A stretch of DNA of 64,000 nucleotides, from the NCBI GenBank assembly GCA_963666515.2, contig OY762897.2, positions 4,096,001 to 4,160,000 on the forward strand. The letters run 5' to 3'. The position numbers were made by a program, and so were the translations under genes. This DNA comes from Candidatus Binatia bacterium (GTDB lineage: Bacteria; Desulfobacterota; Binatia; UBA9968; JAJDTQ01). This document shows positions 60,338-64,000 of this stretch, in pieces; the stretch's first letter is position 1, and the number at the start of each line of letters is the position of its first letter. The notes below the pieces were generated by a model. It was not told the origin of the DNA. It ran no database searches and saw nothing but the letters and a program-made list of their open reading frames with translations.

Positions 60338-60796
60338 TCAGCTACGGCGGGGGAGCATGAGGGTGCACCGGCCCGTAAGGATTTGCCGGCCTTCCTGGTT
60401 GACGCCTTCCAGCTCGCACTCGATCCAGGGGTCGGCGGGGTCGGCGCTCTTCTGTGTCGAGCGTGCGGCGAACCGCATGGTATCGCCCTCGAAGGTAGAG
60501 TACGTGTGCCGGATGCTGAGCTTGCGGAGCAGACCGCGGGGGCCGAGCCAGTCGGTCAGCATGCGCATCAGCAGCGCCTGCCGGTAGGCGCCGCTGGCGA
60601 TGAAGGTGCGCAGCCCGGCGTGCTCGCGCACCCAGTCACGGTCGTAGTGGAGTTGCTGGGTGTTCTCCTGGAGCCCGGCCCAGCGCACGGTGTCGATGAC
60701 GGTGAGGGGACCGTACTCGCGGGCCGTGAGTTCCGCACCCGCTTCCACGTCCTCGAAGAATCGCTGTTCGTCCATCGTTGTCCCTGCGCCGGTCAT
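60338..60796 (-). CDS. MaoC-type hotdog dehydratase
   Basis: FEDVEAG, ENTQQLHYD and TFEGDT motifs. Confidence 0.8.
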   Translation of the reverse strand: MTGAGTTMDEQRFFEDVEAGAELTAREYGPLTVIDTVRWAGLQENTQQLHYDRDWVREHAGLRTFIASGAYRQALLMRMLTDWLGPRGLLRKLSIRHTYSTFEGDTMRFAARSTQKSADPADPWIECELEGVNQEGRQILTGRCTLMLPRRS

Positions 60797-60834
60797 CCTC
60801 GCCCGCTCATCGACGCGCTTGCCGCCCCAAGGCC

Positions 60835-61950
60835 TCATACGGCACCCGTCTCCACCAGTGCCTGATAGTCCGCATCGGAGTAGCCCAGCTCGGCCAGGAT
60901 CTCGGCGTTGTGCTGCCCGAGCGTGGGCGCCGGCTTCATTTCCTGATCCCGCACGCGGGCGACCGCGCCGCGCGGGAACGGGATGCGGCCGAAGCGTGGA
61001 TCATTCGCCTCGGTGAGGTAGCCCCGGTCCATGAGTTGCGGATCCGCGGTCAGATCCAGCGGCGTCGACACCGGTGACGACGGGAACCGGCGCCGCTGCC
61101 CCTCTTCGACGATCTCCGATTTGGTGAACTGTCTTGACCAGGCCAGCACGCGGTCCATGATGAAGTCCTTCTTCTCGCGCTGCACGTCGTCCGATGCCAG
61201 CGAGGGATCGGCCATCAGTTCCGGGTCCCCGATCCACTCCGTGAACTTCTCCCATCGCCCCGGCCGGTTGATCTGGCTGACCACCCAGTGGCCGTCCTTG
61301 CACGGCAGCGCCCCGGAGATGGCGGTGATGTTGCCGCGGGTGCCCCGCCGCTCGGTGCGAGTGCCGGAGAAGGTGTACTCGACCATCGCTTGCTCGACGA
61401 AGGTCTTGAGGCAGTCCTGCATTGAGATCCGGACACGTTGGCCCTGTCCGGTTTGCCGGAGCACGTGAAGCGCGGCGGCTGTTCCCATGGCCGCCTGGAT
61501 GCCCGTAGCCAGATAGATCATGTGGCCGCCGAGGAGCGTGGGCCGGCCGTCGCGCTGTCCCGTGAGCGAAAGCAGGCCGGAGCGGGCGTAGGCGCACAGC
61601 TCGTCCTCTGACTCCTCAACGTCGGTCCACACGATGTCAGCCTTTGTGTTTTCGTTGTCCATGGGCAGCCGCCGGCTGGTCACCACGGCGTCCGCAGTCT
61701 GCACCAGCTCCAGCAAGAGCCGCCATCCTGTCGCGGCCTCCAGGTCGAGGGAGAAACTGCGCTTGCCGGCGTTCAGGAAGTGGTGGAAGGCTCCCTGCTC
61801 CGGGTCGGGGACTTCTCCCAAGAACGGGCCGGTCCAGCGTACCGAATCACCGCCCGCCGGATCGATGCGAATCACGTCATGGCCGGACTCCACGAGCAGC
61901 CGCGTGGCATAGGCGCCGGCCAGGGAACCAAGATCAATGATGCGCGACAT
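60835..61950 (-). CDS. CoA-transferase family III (CaiB/BaiF) subunit, probably non-catalytic
   Basis: AGAYATRLL, NAGKRS and APTLGQHN present; expected catalytic Asp position reads HMIYLATG. Confidence 0.8.
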   Translation of the reverse strand: MSRIIDLGSLAGAYATRLLVESGHDVIRIDPAGGDSVRWTGPFLGEVPDPEQGAFHHFLNAGKRSFSLDLEAATGWRLLLELVQTADAVVTSRRLPMDNENTKADIVWTDVEESEDELCAYARSGLLSLTGQRDGRPTLLGGHMIYLATGIQAAMGTAAALHVLRQTGQGQRVRISMQDCLKTFVEQAMVEYTFSGTRTERRGTRGNITAISGALPCKDGHWVVSQINRPGRWEKFTEWIGDPELMADPSLASDDVQREKKDFIMDRVLAWSRQFTKSEIVEEGQRRRFPSSPVSTPLDLTADPQLMDRGYLTEANDPRFGRIPFPRGAVARVRDQEMKPAPTLGQHNAEILAELGYSDADYQALVETGAV

Positions 61951-62006
61951 GACTCAATCTGGTCGGGGTCCCTGCCGGATTATGCTTCGCTAATCCGACC
62001 TGCTTC

Positions 62007-62531
62007 TCAATCCTCGGCCTTCCGTTCCGGGAACAGCGCCACGGTGTGGCGCCGGATGAAGACCAGTTCGCCCTCTCCATCATGCACCTCCTCCGTCTGC
62101 GTGACGTAGATTCCCACGCCCATCCTCCCCTCGCGCGCCGTGATGTCGACGATATGGCTCTGGCAGGTAAGCGGCTCGCCCAAGTGGACCGGCCCGAGCC
62201 ACTCGGTCTCGCTGCCCGCGTTGCGCACGTTGGTGTAGGCCGCGGGCACGGGGAGCTGCCGCCGCACGTCGAACGAGGAGCCTTTCCCGTCCTCCGGCTC
62301 CTTGAGGCTGAAGGGCGTCCAGCCCACCAGAATGGGGGGCAGGAGACGCCCCCGGTAGCCGGCAGATCGGGCGAAGCCGTCATCCAGCCAAAGGGGATTG
62401 GCATCGCCCGTGGCGTCCACGTAGCGGCGCACGTCCGATGCGCTCAACGTCTGCAACGCGCGTAGCGGGCCTTTCCTGCCGATGCAGCGGCGCAGCTCGT
62501 CGGTGATGATGGTTTCGGCGGATTCGCTCAT
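62007..62531 (-). CDS. MaoC/FAS1-like N-terminal dehydratase domain protein
   Basis: VRRYVDATGDANPLW, NAGSETEW and REGRMG motifs. Confidence 0.85.
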   Translation of the reverse strand: MSESAETIITDELRRCIGRKGPLRALQTLSASDVRRYVDATGDANPLWLDDGFARSAGYRGRLLPPILVGWTPFSLKEPEDGKGSSFDVRRQLPVPAAYTNVRNAGSETEWLGPVHLGEPLTCQSHIVDITAREGRMGVGIYVTQTEEVHDGEGELVFIRRHTVALFPERKAED

Positions 62532-62599
62532 GGGCGTGTCGCGTTGGAAGCGTTCCGGCAATTTGCCGTGTTGCAGGGTTCAGCCCGGTCGGAGCACCC

Positions 62600-63814
62600 T
62601 TATACAAGGGCTCCAGCCCGGTCCAGTTCCGCCAACGCGCTCTCCGAAAATTCCAGCCATTCCCGCAGCACTTCCCGCGTGTGCTGGCCCAAGCCTGGGG
62701 CGGGCGTCGCCGGCGGCAGGGCGCTTTCGGAAAACTCGACAGGCAGCGCCGTCGTCAGCATCGAGCCCACCCGAGGCTCGTCCATCCTCTTGTAGGCGCC
62801 CGACGGCGTGGGGTCCTCCGCCAGGTCCCGGACCCGCCGCATGCGCGCCGCGGGGACGCCGGCCTTCCTCAACCGCGCCTCCACGTCCGCGCTGTCGAGC
62901 CCGCGGGTCCAGGCATCGATGCGCTCGTCGATCTCGTCGTGATGGCGCAGGCGCTCCGCCACCGTGGCGAAGCGGGCGTCGCCCGTCAGGGCTGCGTCCG
63001 GGACGGCTTCCTCCACGGCCTCGGCCAGCTCCCGCCACTGCCCGTCGTCATGAACGCTGACCGCGCACCACCCGTCCTCTCCCGCGCAACGATAGACTCC
63101 CTGCGGCGCGAATCGTTCCGAGCGGTTGCCCATCCTGTCCGGGTTCCCGTGCTTCACCGCGCTGTAAAGCAGCAGCGGCGCGATCATCGACACGCTGCAC
63201 TCGAACTGGCCCATGTCCAGATGGATGTCCTTGCCGGTGCTCTCGCGCTCGGTCAACGCGCCGATGACGGCGTAGCCGGTATGGAGGCCGCCGATGTAAT
63301 CGTTCCAGGAGTTGGAGATGGCGGTGGGCGGGTCCCCTTCGGCGCCGGTGACCTGCATGAGCCCCGCGGCGCCCTGGAGGTTCATGTTCATGCTGGTCCA
63401 GTCGCGGCGCGGCCCGCTGTGTCCGTAGCCCGACATGCTTGCGAATATCAGTCCGGGGTTCGACTCCATGAGGGTCTCGTACCCCAGGCCCAGCCGGGAC
63501 ATGACGCCGGCGCTGAAGTTTTCCACCACCACGTCCGCGGCAGCCGCCAGACGACGGGCGATGTCGCACCCCGCCGGGTGCTTCAGGTCGATGGCCACCG
63601 AGCGCTTGTTGCGGTTGGTGTTGAGATAGGAGGCGTGGCGCCCGTCCGCGTGCCGGTAGGACGACGGCCACGGAAAGTCCGGATGCCTGCTGCTCTCGAC
63701 CCGCACCACGTCCGCCCCCAGGTCCGCCAGCAGCCGGGTGCAGAACGGCGCCGCCAGCACGTGCCCGAAGTCGAGGACGCGGACGCCGGAGAGGGGAGGC
63801 GCACCGTCCTTCAC
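62600..63814 (-). CDS. CoA-transferase family III (CaiB/BaiF)
   Basis: LSGVRVLDF, NRNKRS, VENFSAG and SWNDYIGG catalytic Asp. Confidence 0.92.
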   Translation of the reverse strand: MKDGAPPLSGVRVLDFGHVLAAPFCTRLLADLGADVVRVESSRHPDFPWPSSYRHADGRHASYLNTNRNKRSVAIDLKHPAGCDIARRLAAAADVVVENFSAGVMSRLGLGYETLMESNPGLIFASMSGYGHSGPRRDWTSMNMNLQGAAGLMQVTGAEGDPPTAISNSWNDYIGGLHTGYAVIGALTERESTGKDIHLDMGQFECSVSMIAPLLLYSAVKHGNPDRMGNRSERFAPQGVYRCAGEDGWCAVSVHDDGQWRELAEAVEEAVPDAALTGDARFATVAERLRHHDEIDERIDAWTRGLDSADVEARLRKAGVPAARMRRVRDLAEDPTPSGAYKRMDEPRVGSMLTTALPVEFSESALPPATPAPGLGQHTREVLREWLEFSESALAELDRAGALV

Positions 63815-63905
63815 TGTCTTCCCACATCCTCCATGGTAAAGGCCACTATGCCCCAGGAAGGAGCGGTGTCAAGCTGCCCCGCGGCCGAGCCGGCCCGAGC
63901 GAAAG

Positions 63906-63936
63906 TTGACAGCCACAGGCCGGAACCCTATATAAT
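63906..63936 (+). promoter_or_regulatory. Sigma70-like promoter for a unit beyond the window
   Basis: TTGACA 63906-63911 and TATATAAT 63929-63936; a divergent TTGACA lies on the minus strand near 63867-63872. Confidence 0.55.
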
Positions 63937-64000
63937 CGCCACGAAATCGCCCCGCGTGACATTTATCGAGGGGCGTGAGCCGAAAGGTCTGAGGTGAACG

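Noticed and set aside
63940-64000. Possible riboswitch or ncRNA after the strong promoter (GCCGAAAGGT tetraloop hairpin)
   Set aside because: Truncated by the window edge and matches no family I can identify; needs an Rfam scan with downstream sequence

Overview
GC-rich bacterial chromosomal window dominated by catabolic genes. There are five amidohydrolase-2 paralogues, two Gfo/Idh/MocA oxidoreductases, two M24 hydrolases, a phthalate-type Rieske cluster, a BoxB-like diiron protein, a CoA-transferase III/MaoC/HO-like diiron operon and a Dpp-type ABC importer. Also present are pgi, katG, sthA and one intact IS1634-family element with TIRs and a 6-bp target duplication. The strongest candidate for an undescribed system is a family of five closely related alpha/beta-hydrolases in two tandem arrays (34.0-36.0 kb and 52.2-55.2 kb). 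They lack the usual post-beta7 catalytic Asp and vary at predicted substrate-pocket positions. One array lies in a 13-kb same-strand catabolic/ABC run and the other directly upstream of a Bcr/CflA exporter. The window also holds seven toxin-antitoxin loci, nearly all with a truncated or missing toxin, a probable ATC start codon on pgi, a VapC-DUF3775-like fusion and an AT-richer orphan small ORF. No rRNA, tRNA or CRISPR array was seen. All family calls come from motif recognition by eye, not database searches. The gene content is reminiscent of uncultured Binatia/Deltaproteobacteria-like (often sponge-associated) genomes, but that is only an inference.
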